Positions 12,401 to 27,400 of a stretch of DNA of 64,000 nucleotides are shown here, piece by piece; position 1 is the stretch's first letter, and each line of letters begins with the position of its first letter. Position numbers and translations under genes: made by a program. The stretch comes from Bilabrum cf. latius (lineage: Eukaryota): contig OZ237735.1 of assembly GCA_965178125.1 (NCBI GenBank), positions 1,736,001-1,800,000 of the forward strand. The letters run 5' to 3'. The notes beneath the pieces were generated by a model. That model was given only the letters and a program-made list of their open reading frames with translations, was not told where the DNA came from and did no database searches.

Positions 12401-15400
12401 ATGGTATTCACCTGCAGGTGGTTGAAGGAACCATAACAGGGATTAACCCGCGATTCATCTCACAAGATTCCACTACTTTACAGCTGACGGCGCGGGGATT
12501 GGCGGTGCCTTACTTGCGAGTCTTCCTTGCTGGCGCGCCCTGCGTCTTGCCAGGGGTAGGGCATGGCACTGTTGGTTCCGTGCTACTTGGCGAGGGAGGA
12601 ATAACTACAATTACATGTGAAAACGTTGTGTACAACAGCACAGTTTAGTCACAGATTGTTTCAACAGCCTTTGTTCGACTTGGAGCAGGGAATATAGCGT
12701 CTACTTCAACGTCGTAGGGTGGGGTGGCAGTGTTTAGCGGCCAGACATTCTCCGTTGCTGCAATTGGCGAGCTGTCGCAGGGATACTCCACCTTCAAACC
12801 TCCAGCTAGTTGCACAGGCGCTAACGCTTCATTGCACGAGAAAACACTGCTGCAGTTCAGGTTTGATGGGGATCTTAGGAGTCTAGTGGATCAGGCCGGA
12901 GTCCATCTTTCCTGTGAGCTTGAGCTAGTCGCAAATTCGCTTCAAAACAGTACAATAGTTGGGAGTGGCAGCCTTGCAAGCGATGATATACTCTCGTGCA
13001 AGATGGATATTGAAGACCTGCTAGGTGCTGCCGCAAGCTGCTCCAGCTATCGGCAGCTTGCTAGAGCACCTCTGACAATCAAGGTTGTCCTTGGCGGTGG
13101 CGGCTTGGATACGAAAGTGATACTAGCCCGACATTTTGCGTAGATTCGAGCTCTTCCATTGTTTGTGCAGCCAGCCAAGTAGCCCACCGTTAGGATTGTC
13201 GAGACGGCTAGCTTGCTTGAATTCAAGGTTAGTGGCTTGCTTGACCGCAGTTTGGTTTCTGGGGCAGCACTGCAGTGCGTACCGTCGGATGGGCGCTGGA
13301 GTTCTGCAGTAGAGTTTTGCAGATTTGAAACAGGATTGTGCTGCACGATTCCACCAGTGACGAACGTTGGAGAGGAAATCGTGTAGGTACAAGTAGTGCC
13401 GCACAAGTTCGTGCTGCATCGGCAGGACACTGTAGTTGTGCCACCCCCACGCATTTCGTCCTCAACTGTTGCATCTGACGATGCAAATACAGTTGTCATC
13501 AGTGGTAGCGATTTTATGGCATACTCTGGGTTGGACCTAGAATGCGCTGTGGCACAAAGCGCGGAACAAATCGAGGTAGAATCAGCTCGTGCTTCCATCG
13601 CAAGCGACTCTATGTTGAGGTGCAAATTCGGCCGCTAGTATTCTTCAGCTTAGATTTGCCTTCGCCCTACTGGCACTGTATGCACCATTTCTCAATGGGT
13701 GGAGATTGATTCGAAGTGGAATCCATGTGTAGAGCAGGTGGCTCCCCGCTCAGCTGTTTGGGACGGTAGCGGAACCCCATGGCAAGTCGTGCTTGGACAA
13801 CACAACAGCGGATTATGCGAGCAATTGGATCCCGCAGTGACGTCCATTCATGCCGACTCGGCACAAGGTGTGTTGTGCTGCGTGTTCGATTTTGGATGGT
13901 CATCACCGCTAAAGATGCCTGCAAATGTGTACAGCGCTCGGGGTGTTTCAAGGATCGTTGCTGACTGTGATCTTGAGGCAGCAGCAGGGCCTAGTATTCG
14001 TGATATCGTTTCTTCAGTTGGAATTGTTCGGGGTGTGCTGGGTGTTCAGTACTGTGATAGCACTCGGCAGCCACTACATATGCCAATAGCGGCTGCACTT
14101 ACTCGCCAAGTTACTCTTCGGGATGTTCGGCCCGCAGTGCTTAGACTTTCACGAGCGGGAAGTAGCACTCGAGCCGTGACAGTTGTGTTTTACGCTGATC
14201 ACGCTATCCCGGAGGATGAGCAACGAATCATTTGCCGCCTTAATGATGTTTTGGCTTTCTCGATTGCTCGTGTGTCGGCAGATGCGGTCATGTGCGATTT
14301 CAGCTCCGATTCTCTTACACCTGGCAAATACTCGCCATCACTGTCCGTAAACGGTGCAGATTTCAGCGAACTCGATACAGTGGTGATCGTGCTGCCCCCG
14401 AGCTCGCTGAGGTATGTATCGGGCAGTGGTGTATCGGACCCTATTCGGTCGAACCGGGACATCGAGATTTCATTCGGACTGGAGGTATCACAGTCTAGCT
14501 CGATATTCGCGTGCAGTATTACCCCGGGCGACTATGCGGCCGCAGCCGCTGTGCGAGTTTTCGCAACTCAGTTTGGCACCAATGAGTTCCAGTGCAAGAT
14601 GGAGCCCGATGTCCTTCACAATGCATAGAGTGCAGCTGTGCAGGTCCTTCAGTGCCCGTCTGGCTCCAGACTGACTGAGGACTGTGAGATCATATATACA
14701 GCTTCGCAAGTCCCAGTGGAGCACTCCGATGACTTGCATGTCATGTCGCGCGTAGCACTTGTGCGTGAAGATGGGTCCTTTAGCATCGAGGTGTCGGGCC
14801 AGAACGTCAGTATACTGTGGCTTCGTGAAACCGGCAGTGAGCTCAATGCCTGCACTCAGCTTGCTTGCGAACACCAAGCCAGCACACTTGTTTGCTCTGG
14901 ATTTGAAGCCAATTACACCAAAGATTCTTTGGATGTCATTGCTCCGTCGATAAGTGAGCCGGATTGCCTTGCTGAGCCGGCCATCGGCGTCGTCTCACTA
15001 TCTGGCGGCGCATTGCAGCTGCACGCGAGCCCGTAGGAGCTCTTTATTGGCTAGATTTCTGCATTCCAAATTCTGAGTTTAGTTGGTCCAGGCATTGGGC
15101 GCTTCATTGGCTCCTATTGTGAAGCCTCTCGCAATGGCCAGCGGTTATTCTCAACCCCAGCTATTCGGTTGTCCGACGATTTGGTGGAGTGCGCGAACGC
15201 TGCATCGTTGCTTCAGTCCTCCGACGTGTAGCCAGGCACTATGATTCTGGCAATTAATACATGCCCTAAGTGTGTTGCGCTGGCTGCAACGCGACTTACG
15301 GGTCATGCAGAAGTGGATGTGCAATTGCTGCCGAGAGTATCTCTGGTGTCGCCAGATGTCATAGCCGTTCATGACGGTGTTGACGAGCAGCTCGTAACAG

Positions 15401-18400
15401 TGAACGTTTCCGGAACCGGCTTCTCTTCTAGTAGCGATAGGTGTTGGATGACTGACAGTGATAACCACGTGGTCGCGCTCGGCAGGTTTTCGAGTTCATC
15501 AGCAACCCAGGGACGCTGCGACTGGGTTGAGCGTGGGGCTGGTTTGCAGGAAGCATCAGTGTACATTAGCGTCGGTCGTTTCCAGCATACCGCAGCTGGG
15601 TCAGCGCGCATATCCCGGGTAAAACTTTCCGAATTTGCTGGATATTCTGACTCTGGCGTGGCCATTGTTTCGTTCTAGCGTCTTGGTGAGAAGATTGAAC
15701 TCGTGCACGACTTGGTTCGCCTCGGATAGTAGAGTTTGACCGACGCATGTTCAACAACGAAGGTTGTTGTTGCCGCCGCCGGAATCTAGACAGAGTCGAC
15801 CTGGTAGGTTGTGGGAGGTGCAGTATATGCCTCGGTTTAGGGAATCCTATCGAAGTTCCTGGAGTCTGCAAGCTCTGAAACGGTATCAGTTGACGCGAGC
15901 TTCTCCGGCTGCATCTTTGAGGGCGGTGTCATGAGACTGACGATCATTTTTGCAGAAGTTCCTGTTGCCCGCGGTAGTCCAGTCGTAGCAATGCGCGGAG
16001 ACGTTGGTGTTGCGTATGCAACATTTCACGTTTCGAAGCTGCCTACCTCGAGTTTTGGCAACCTTGTGGCAATCTGGGAATCACCGAGCAGTCCGCAGCT
16101 CACCTCCTCTTGCATCGTGCAGAGGTAGACAGAATTGCGTTGTGACATACCAGAGCCTGCACGAACCAGCGTTGGGTACTCTGTTTACTTTAAAGTAGTA
16201 GATGATCAGTTCGAGGCGACGACCAGTGCTGTGCAGCGTTCCGACGTGCTAGCACATTAGATGGTCAGCTTAGTGCCGCCATTACGAGTCCATGTAGAAC
16301 CACAGTATGTCATCGCGACAAACTCTGAGGTTGGCATTTTGCTCTCTGGCATTGAGGCATCGAGCGCCGCAACCCACTGCTTGGTTCTGCGGTGTAGTGC
16401 TGGAGGGACTGGTCCGGTTTTACTGGACACTGTCGATCGAGACGGTTCCCTGTATTGTCCGTTGCCTGCTGGAACTCTGCATCAGCCTGGAGTTTTGCAA
16501 CTGTTTGTGTTGCCTGCAATTGACCCTACCTTCTTGGAGGGCTCCACGGCTCTATCTGCTGGCTGTGAAACGGATGGTACGGACAACCAGATCACTGTTT
16601 TGGTGCAGGCGACAGTATCTGAGGCGAGATGGAACTCAAACGAGCGCAGAATTGATGTAATTGGTGACTTTGATAGTCTGTCGTCCCGAATAATACCAGT
16701 TTGTTCTGTGTCTGGCGATCTGGTTGCAGGGACGACACGGGTGCAAGCCGTGCAAGTTGATGGCTCGACACTGGCATGTATCGGACTTGCTCCAGAACTG
16801 TTTCATGGACAAGGTATGATACAAGTGTCTATTGGCGTTCCAGACTAGCCATGGTCGTACTCTCGTCCTGTTCTGGTTTAGGTGCTCGAAGAGAAACGCC
16901 TCCGCGCTCTCAGTGCTAAGGTCGTAGTTGGTGCGTCCGACGAGATATTGTTAGAGATTCGCGAATACAGGCGTAGCGCTCTAGGCACATGCACATTCTC
17001 GCTAGCAACTCGAGAGGTGGTCAGTGTCGCTTCAGTTTCTGCTGGTCTCGCCAGCTGTCAAATGCCTGCTGAGATAAATTCTGGTGATCTCGGCCGGTCA
17101 GCAAGAGTGCTCCTTTCATTGGAGAACAGGACTGTAGGCGCATTTACAGTTCAATTTCTGCGTCCATCTGAGCTTATACGGGCGGACGCCTGTTTCGTTG
17201 CTATGTATGACGGCGTAGCGCGTACGAGTAGTTTACAGTGGCGTGTAGACGCTACATCTGATGGGTTTTCGTATCTACGGCTTGGTAATAATACGTTCAG
17301 GTCGCCCTCGTTTGACCCATTGGACAGGTTTAATGATTCTGCACACTTTAGAACCGTCCACGACCCGTCGTTCTTGCTTCGCGACACTGCGGCGTCAGTT
17401 GAAACAGCATTCATCGGTGTTTCTGCTGCTGGATTATCGCCCGAATTATCTACATAGGCTGAATGCCCAGTCCTGCACGCCAACAACATCCTCATTGAAG
17501 CGACCAATCGACCGGGTGATATCCAAACCCTCTCGGTACGAACAGCGTCTCCTGGCCAAGCAAGACTGTTGTTGAGCCTTCTGGAGAGGGGTGGAGTTAC
17601 GGCGTCTGCAAGGTGTAGATCTGCCTCTGATGGTGTTCATGACATTAGAACCACGCTGTCTGGCACTGATAACGAGTTTGTGGTGCTGACTGGAACATTC
17701 CCCATCAAATCAGAATGCTCAGCTGCCCTCGAATTTGCTGATCAAGCACTTGCCGAGCTTAATTGGGCAACCGAATCGCAGTCCGATCTGGAGTTGGAGG
17801 TCGTTTACGTCGGGCCTAGCGGCCTCGCTGCTCTAGTTGCGACCAATACGGCACTGCCTGCTGACGCACTGTCTGGCAACGTCTGCTACTTGCGGCTCGA
17901 TGGGACCGCGTCATTACAAGGTGAACTGGGAATTTCTAGCGCTGACGGCACCGTGTACTGCCTCGTGTCTGATAGCGCGAATGCTTTGGGCCCTTCTATT
18001 GAGGTGTGTCTCGGTGCCGAGGCTGGGAGCACAGGCGACAGAAAGCGAGCCTCAGCCTGCCGTAATGTATCGCATATTGCTACGATCAAGGCTGCTTTCT
18101 CATCAGGTGATGGCTTCATCGAGTTGAGTGGAGACTTCTTTCCAACGGGAAGTATCGCGGATCGCTGGGAGTGCGAAGGATTTCTGCCAGAAGGTACTCG
18201 CGTATTGGGTTAGTATGTTGCGATCGGTGATTCATCTCAGAAAGGTCTATGCAAGTTTGCGAGTGCTCAGGCTGGTTCAGTGATAACCATAGAGCTACGG
18301 CTGTCCGCTCTGTAGGAGTTCAGTAGTGGTCCAGTTGTAGTCAGCTCAGGAAGCACTAGATTTCAACCGCTGTTATGGTATCCTCAGATCGTACCATACG

Positions 18401-21400
18401 GTACCCACGTTAGTGCAATTGATGTATCAGCACGCATCAGCGTAGATCTTAGCCGAGTATCGATCTACTGCTAGGCCGATGGAGTCGATTTAGTTGGCTC
18501 GATCCTCAAGGCGCACACCGTCCAGAGTGATGAGATAAGCGCTGTAATCAGGTGCCCGGTGAATGCCACGCTCATTTCGACTGTTCAAGTGGATATCTGG
18601 GTTCTTCCCCTTGGTATGGAAGCCGTTCTAGAAGATTCACGGTAGTCTGTTACCGTAAACGTGCGGAAGCAGTCGGTTGGACTTGACGGTATTGCGATGG
18701 TGTAGTCCAGCAGATCTGGAATGGTAGTGCATGGGGCCTTTGCTCAAGGAACGGGTGACACCCTGACCGATGATGGCTTGGAGTGCTCGTTTACACCGGC
18801 TGTCTCGGCGAGATTCCGCACTGCGCTCATGAAAACAGATTACGCCGGCAGCACCCTGATGGCCTGTACCATCCGTAGCGATGAGGACGCCGGAGGCTAT
18901 GTGGGCTATAGTAGTTTGTCTGTCAGAAGTGTTGCCGATGGGTCTATTCTCGCAGCTGTCAAGCCAAGGGATGTGTTTGTGCAGCCATTGTTGCCCACAC
19001 ATGTCTCTATTGTAGCCACCGGCAACACCAGGACTCTGGAGTTTCGCGTCGAATTTGAGGACAGTTTTGATTCTTTTGGACACTCAGTTGCTGTGTTTGA
19101 GGGTACAGGTGCAGGTGAAATAGTTCCTCATCCGGTATATGCGCAGGGGGGCGGCTGGGCGGTCAATATTGACGGCATGAGGGGTGGTGGATTTTTGTCT
19201 GCTGCCTGGTTGCCGGCTCACATGGTGCACACTTCCGAACAACTGAGCTACCTCAGTTTGGTGCGGAGCACTGCCGTCACTATTGGTATCCCAGCTGATA
19301 AACCGGTGGTGTTTCAGTCGATGTCACCCGCTGTGCTAGTGGCTGGCTCTACCGTGGGAGTGACCTTCAAGGTATCAGTGGGGATCGCGTTCACTGGGGG
19401 TGTCGACTGCGTGGGACTATCTGGCAACCGTACGGTTCTGTTCACAGCGGCTGCGAGTATGCTTGATCCATTTACTGGAACATGCACCGTGAGCGTGCCA
19501 ACGCAGCTGCCACAGCTAGATTCAGCACAGATTGAGCTCCAAGATTCCGTGACTGGTTCAGCTGTGGTAAGCTCAGCTAGTTTGCCCATCGTGGCAATGG
19601 ACTACTAGGGCGACACAGTGATTCTCAGCTCTAGCCGCGACGGCGTGATAGTGTCAAGCCCCATTTCAATTGACCCAACATACGTTGATATTGCGTCTTG
19701 TTGGCTGTGCTCGGATTTGGAGTGCAGCGGGCCGATTATGGGAGCACTCAGCACGGTCGAGGCAGTCAGTGATGCTGTGTCGTGCAGCTGGAAGGGAATT
19801 CCAGGCAGCGGTTAGACCCTCTGGGTAGCTCTTGGTGTTGCAAGCATTGACAACTCGATCGTAGTTGGAGCGGCATCGTTGAAACCAGATGCGGTGTTCG
19901 CATCAAGGGCATCCTCTGATGCTCCGGTCGAGCTCACCGTAATTCGCGAGTCGGAAGCAGTTTCAGAAATCTAGACAGCAACGGTTGCAATTGTTGGTCT
20001 GGACTTGAACTTTGCGATATATCAACCCTTGTGCGAATTTCGAGCCAGTAGCGGCTGGGTGGGTGCCTCTGATGGATCCATCGCCGTTGGGGACCTGGAC
20101 AGCGTCCACGAAATCCACTGCCCAATCCCTTCGGTATGGACTGTATTAAACGATACTTTCGAGCATCCTATTGGGGTTCGAGTCATCCTTGATGAGTCGC
20201 GGAGTATCATTTCGAATTGGGTGCAACTGGTCGGCGGCGTATCGGTTTCCATCTAGTCTGTAAAACCGTCAACAGTGTTGGTAGGGCACACAGCTGGCGA
20301 TATTTCGCTATCCATTGATTCTCATACGCTAAGCTCATGCTAGTACCCGCTTTGCGTACAGTCGAACGGGGAATCCTCATCGTTGACCCGAACTGGGGCA
20401 TTCTCAGGCGTTTGCATGCTCAGCACCCTCGGATTCTCAGGGGTGTCTGAGCTTGCAATTTCTGTACGTTGTGGTAGTGGAAACGTCAACAGCTTGCACA
20501 ATGATTTCTCCATAAGGACGGTTTCTCAAGGCGCGGTTACGCTCGTCTCATCGAGCGAGCTTGCCCGTCCAGAGCCGTCAAGCACCCAACGTTCGTGTTC
20601 GATTCGGTTGGTATTGAGTGGTAGGTCTGATGCGCTGCTCGGACTGCAGCGCAACCTGGATGCCTTATTTACTCAAGGTACTTTTGAGCAGGCCTTTGAG
20701 GTGTCTTGTGTTGAATGCATCGGTAGTACATGCGTCTGCAGCACAGTTGTTAGCTCACCGACGACTTGCTCAGGGCTGGTTCGTGTTCGGGCGCTCGATG
20801 CGGCTGGATTCGCGTACGCACGTCTACACGGGGCCGTATCTGTACAAGACATCGGCACTTTGACATCAGCGTCGGTTGACACGAGTTCAATTAAGGTGCC
20901 AATCGTGTCAACATCGTCCTGGAGAATCGATCTACCATCGCCGTCTGCACGCACCAGCTCGTCGGCGATGATGCCGGAGACCATTACTTGCGCGATCGCT
21001 AGGAACGGCGAAGAACCCAGCGTTGCTGCTGTAATGGCAGGCATTGTGCTGCTATCAGAGTCCGTTTAGCAGCCTTTAGACAGTGGTGGACGGCTGACAT
21101 GCACCTTCGGTCCTGTCATGGACATCACAGATCTGTCGACGCAGAGCCCACAGGTGTACGTTTTTGACGCCCTGGATCTAGATGCAACCGCAACATTAGT
21201 CACCCCCAAGGTCATTGCAAGCACGCTGCCATACTTTGAGCTGGTCTCCACTGAAGCTGTCATCGTTGACGTTGGCCAGTCTGCCTCGATTCCCATGCGA
21301 ATTCGTGGTGCCGACGCGCGCCCTGCTGATCTGACCGAGATTGAGTGTCGGATATCAACTGATCTTGCGTTTGGAACTGGTTTTATCCAATGGACAAATT

Positions 21401-24400
21401 CGACTAGCGCTGATTCCGTAGTGTTTTGTGTAGTGTCCTCGTTTGGAGCGGAATTTGGCTCGTAGGATGCACGAGGGTCCGCATTGGTGGTGCACCGTCC
21501 GTCGGGAGCATAGCTCCTGTTATACCCGGGGTAGTATATCCAAGCCATCAACTCTTCCGCAATGACGATTGACGAGCAGAGGAGCAGCATCAGTACATCA
21601 GGAGGAGCACTTGTATTATCTGGAGCAGGTGGTTTCGGTGTTGCGATTGAGATTGAGTTGCGACTGGGTGATGGGAATCGGCTGACATCTTCCAGCTGTG
21701 ATCCTGCACCTTTTTCGTCCATTTCGTGCATGTTTGGACCAGCTGATACACAGCTAGTGCCAAGCCGCGCGCGTGTTTGCGTGTCTACGGCGCAATTGCC
21801 CGAAATCGCCTGTATTGGTGATATCGAACTCCCTGCAGTTTTCTCTGAGTCTCTGGAGCCGGGCGTGCACGCTGGGCATTGGGCTGGGGGTGATAACGTC
21901 ACACTTATTGGCTTCGATTCCGGTCTTCATTTGAAGTAGACGTGGTGCGTGTTCGGTCACGTGGCTGTGGCTGCCACTAAACGAAGCCGAATCGCATCGT
22001 CGTGCAATGCGCCACCTATGTTGCAGGCCTCCGAAGCTGCAAAGAGTGCAGCTACAGCGGTTTCGAAGTCTCTTTGGGTCGATGGTCTCGGCCTTCCTGT
22101 TGGCTAGATTGGCAGCGATACATTCTACCGTAGTCTTGCTCGCCAGGATGCCAACAAGGTGTGCTTAAAAATGGTGGTAGCTGCAGACAGCTTGACGGCT
22201 GTGGAGGCTGCGCGTGGAGGCGAGTCCGATTGCCGCACGTACACATACCTGCCTCCTGCTCAACTACATGGTGTGACGCCAGCCGTTGTGCCTCGTGCTG
22301 GTGCACCAGTAGTCACTTTATTGTTTTCGTCCGCTTCTCCTGACGAGGTCGTCTTCGGCTCACGTGCAGTGTGTTCAAATGGATACAGGCAAGAATTCTC
22401 CAGCTCCGGTGTTGTAGGACCGACCATCAATACGTCATACAACTCAACGTAGCAGGTATCGATTAAGCTGGATTTTGACCAGTCTAGTTGCGCTGTGGAC
22501 CAATTTGAGATTGGCTGGCGATTTAATGATGGTCAAGACTGGCAACACGACACGATTGCGGTTCATAGTTTCGCCGTGCCGCACATCGAACAGATCGTCC
22601 CATCTACTGTATTGAGTACCTACGCGGGGCAGCGAGGAATGCCACAGGCCATCATGCTTGTTGTCAAAGACCTCCCAGACAGTGCCTGGAGTGTACGCAG
22701 AGGTGAGTTGCACGACGTATTTGATGGTCGCACGAGCATTGGGACAGCCGCTGGTTTGCTTGCGGGCACAGCCTTTTCGTGCAAGATTGGCAGCCAGTTC
22801 GTGGTGCGGGCCAGCATTATCGATTCCAGTGCTGTTTTATGCGAGCTGCCCAAACATATTGAGACTGGCACTATTGATGTGTCGCTCGTTCTTGGTGACG
22901 AGCTTCTCGCAGTGCATGGTAATGGTGTGCAGTTGAAGGCTGTCCCTGCTCCGAAGCTAGTGCGCCCCGATGGAGCACTCGCTGGCCCAGTCTCAGGAGG
23001 CTAGCTCATACGAATAGCTGGCATAGGTTTCAGGAGCATTCAGTCGTCTCATGAATACCTTTGCAAGGCTGGCAACGTGTCGAGTATAGCCACAGTTGTC
23101 TCTGACACCGAGCTCGCTTGCCTGTCACCATCCTTCCTTGGCTCAGCTGGAGTCTCGTCCACATCGATGGCAATTGCGGACATCACATCTTTCGTTGGTC
23201 TTACATTGTCAATTCTTGTTCGTCCAAAGGTTGCCTCGGCTGCTTCAGAGGGCGATGTATTGAGAATAGCATCGATTTCGAATGCTGCGGCCGCGGCTTC
23301 GCATTCGATTCATCTTCCGTGGCGCGGCCCTGAGCCTTAGTTTTACGTCTTCGAGAGCCCTCGTATTGTAGACCACCACCCTTGGGCAATTGACTGCTCT
23401 ACGACAGAAAATGTGGATGAAGTTGCGGCCATTCCGTTGTCAGTTTCCCTGTCTAGTGTGCAATGGACAGAGATTCCATCTTTACGCCTTACGTGTTTCG
23501 TTGAGGCCTCCGGAATGCCAAAAGTATCAGTCCCTGCTGGTGTGGTAGGACAGAGTGTCGAGTGTGAGTTCTAGGCCCGACAGATTTGTCCTCGGCATCG
23601 TGATACTACGGTGACGACTGCATAGCTTGGACTATCTGTCGATTATGGCAAAACTGCAGTAGAAGGAACTTTCTCCACAATTATAGTGCTAAGCAGCATC
23701 GCCACACGGCTCGCTAACGTTGCGATTAGCAGCATTTCAGCCTAGCAAAGTCGTACTGTGAAATACGATGTATATCTTGATGTGGGAAGTCTGCAAGTAC
23801 GTGCTGTGCACCCCGTTGCAATCATTCGCTAGGCTGTAGCTAGTACAACAGGCGGCTGCCGTGGATTCCTCGCATCCTCGCACCGGTCCATTGCATTGAA
23901 GCCGAAAGATGTCGTACCCTTGAATGCCACGCACGCCATTGTGCGTTGTGAGTTGCTGATGAATGAGGGAGATGGACTTGAAGGCGCTCGCTTGGGCATC
24001 ACACTCGATGGCCTGTCTGTTCGTCTTCATTCTGTCAATAACGTTGTGGCGGTTGGCTACGATACGGTTCATGCGAGCCCATCAGTTCTGATTGATGGAG
24101 AGAGCGGGGAATTGGTTGTGGAGTATACCGGTCCCAGTCAGTCAGCGCCTTTGCCGAACGCTTGCTACTTGTGTGGAAGCCTACTACCAGCTACATCTTC
24201 ATCAAGTCGCTCGGTCTCGTGTGTTGTACCTTCTGGCCTGTGGTTGCGTGTTGGCCTGGGGTCCGACGGCTGCATCGTGGCCGTTGGCTCTGGCGATGCC
24301 GTTGACATCCCCGTCGCCAGGAGCTATGATTTTTTCGCCGAGAACTATCTATCGGGTAGCAAGTTAACTTAGGCGCATGTGAAGATAGTTGCTGGAGGGC

Positions 24401-27400
24401 CGGGACAACTTGCAGTGTCGCCGAAGCTCGTTCCTTCGCAGGGATCTCCAATCGAAGTTCAAACTGCCAGGCAAATTGGAAGCCATGAGTCTGTGTGGTG
24501 CCATGGCCATGATCCTACCACTGGAAGTTCGTCCATCTTCATTTCACGCGGGTCCCCGATGTCTGCTCAGGCTGTTGATTGTGGGGTAATTGACTTCTCG
24601 ATGTTTGAATCTTCCGTAGTAGCGTTCAGCATCGAGACTACTTCGCATCGTGTTGCCTACGGGACCACCAGTCTATCAGCCATGCCTTTTATGGAGATTG
24701 GCGGCGGCTACATTGCTGTGGACTCCGTCCACCCTACCGCAGTGCAGGGCAATATGACCGTGTACCGGGCAAAACTCGCATCCCGCCAACCTATCAGCAG
24801 CGTGAGCGACAAATTCTGTGCATTGGTTGACTCAGATTTGAGCACCAAAGTATCGAATTGCGGGCAACTTTTCGCGGACGGGCCCCGCGCAGACGGCACC
24901 CATCAGTACGGCTGCAACGTTCCAGTCCACCACAGCATCTTTTCGAATACCAAATCGCCATTCCGGGTGCTGGGTGGTCGGTCTCCAGCGTATTCGTAGC
25001 GATTCAGCATTGGGCTCGAATTGGACAGGGTCGAGCCTCGACGCTACCTCATTGAGGCGAAATCAAACTCTACTGCTCTTTATGGGGATCGACATCTACG
25101 GTTGTCGTCTGGGTGGGCGGACGATCCTATCCCAGTCGAGTTAGCGAGTGTCTAGGAGCTCGAGTTTGTAGGTCTATCTCAGATTGATGCAAGCAAGCCA
25201 GCCTTTTTCACGGTCCAGATGGAGAGCTTTGTATCTGAACCTATTCGCGTTGGCGCCAGCGCTGCGGATGTCAAGCAAGCAATTCAGTCCCTTGATTGTA
25301 TCGGTGATGTTGATGTATCCAGCATTGGTAGCCAAGCCGGTCCGATAGGCTACTAGGTCACATTCCGCCGCAACTGCTTTGCTAGTGGCGAGTTGATATC
25401 TGGTAATTTGACCGGATTTGCTGCGGAAACGGTAAAGCATCACGCTGTCATGGTAACAACCACACAGAATTGCTCTATCCATGCGCTTTCAGGAAACTTC
25501 GAGTTGTCAGCAGGATCTTAGAGTTCGGGGCCTATCGCAGTTGCTGGGCAATCGGCGCCGCAGCTTGCCAGCACGGTACAAGCTTTCTTTGATGAAGCTG
25601 CCGTGAAGGCAGTGCTTGGCTAGGTAGTAGTTTCAGACGCGGGCGGTGGGATGTCAGGCGTGGGGTATGATTTGGCCATTTCGATCATGTCGCTCACGGT
25701 GGAGACTGGCACAGCGGCTCTGTCATCAGCTAGTGGCGATCTCGCAGACTTGAGCTTGAGTTCAAGTAGCTTAAGCAGAGCTGTCGTTGCTAGCGACATT
25801 GCGTTGCAACTTACAGCACACTGCGATACTCAGGTGGCAGCCTCTGGGTGCAATTCAAGTGTGTCTGCGCAGCTCGGCCCCTCTCAGGACGGCTAGCCGA
25901 TGGGAGCATCGTTCACTCTGCAGTGGGCGGTGACCGGCGAATTTCGAACTGTATCCACGGACCCGATTTCCGTTTACTCCAGTCCGCGTGAAATCGAGCT
26001 CGAGCTCAGAAGGTCTGGCTTCCCTGTAGAAGTTCCCTTTCTTCGCGTCGATCTTGTTGACAGCAACAGTCTACCGTTCACGCGGCAGTGGGTTGTGACT
26101 ATCGACCCATCGTTCTCCAGCGTTGCACCGGAAAATTTGCTTTTGGCTGTTCAGGCTTTTGAGAGTGATGTAGGCATGAAAAGCCCTGTGATGGTGCAAA
26201 CGCGGATTTTGCCATCGACCTCAGGGCCAATCATTGGTACTGCAAGTCTTCTGCTTGGCAATTTGACGGCTAGTATTGATGCCATGCAGTCCGCATCCGA
26301 TGTAAGGTCCATTATGGTGGGTCTATGGAGCGCGCAAGGCCTTCAGGTTGGCATTAACGATATTGTTGTCGTCAAGCAGGGCCGGTCATTGGCAGGAACA
26401 GCTGCTCGCAACGTGCCATTTACACAGCAAGGGGGTGATGCTAATTGGGTGGTCCTGGACTGCTCTCCATTGGAGTCCTGTGAACTTCATAGGGAACAAA
26501 CTATGTTAGCAATGCCAGCGGTGCGTTTCTTGCTTTGGAACATTGCAGGTGAGGCTAAGTTGCCGACGCCTGCAGTCGCTGGTGCTCAATTGCGATCCAG
26601 TAGCTTCCCGCTTAAGTCAACAGCAGCATTTGAGAACGCTGTAGAGCTGCATGTATTGTCAGGGTAGCAGTGCAATGCAGACTTCACGTTTGCGATGGAT
26701 AAGTCAATTACCACGGTGCAGGACGATGATATGCTGCTCGCACAGTCCTTGATTGACCTTCAGTTCTGGGCTTAGCCTGTTGACGGCAAGGTTGCGCGAG
26801 CCCGCCTGTCTGAGCAACTGCGGGTCGATGACCTCTCCATCCTTGTTGCTGCTGGAGACGGAGTGCACACTGGATCGGTTCGTACTTTGTTTGGTGCTCA
26901 TTCGATCGTTGCGTGCGTGCTTGTCGATCATGCTGATTCCACAAGGCCCATTGCAACCTCCACATCTGTGCAGCCTGAACACACGATGGTGTTGGCCGAA
27001 TCGTTGTCGATTAGGTGCCCTCCAGTGCATGCTATAACGAGTGCACTATAGGAAACAGGGGCTGCAAGTTTGTCGGATCTAGAGTTGCGTGCCTCTGTGT
27101 CTGTCACCGAGCAAAGCGGCTTGTCGACTGTTCTGCCATCCATAGGGAGCGTGTCGCTTAACGCAGTTGCCGATGCTGCAATACTGGCCGTATGGCCTCG
27201 AGTCGTCACCAATGACCTATAGGCTGGCTCACACGTGTATGCAAGGATACGCACTGCGGGTTTGGTATCCGCACTGCGAGTAGGCGATGCTGTCTCATGC
27301 GTTTTTGAGGCGACTGCCAATGGGACCACCTACTCAGTGCCTGCCTCAGTTGTCGAACTCCGGCCGGGCAAGGCTATAGTTCAGTGCCTAGTTGAAGCAA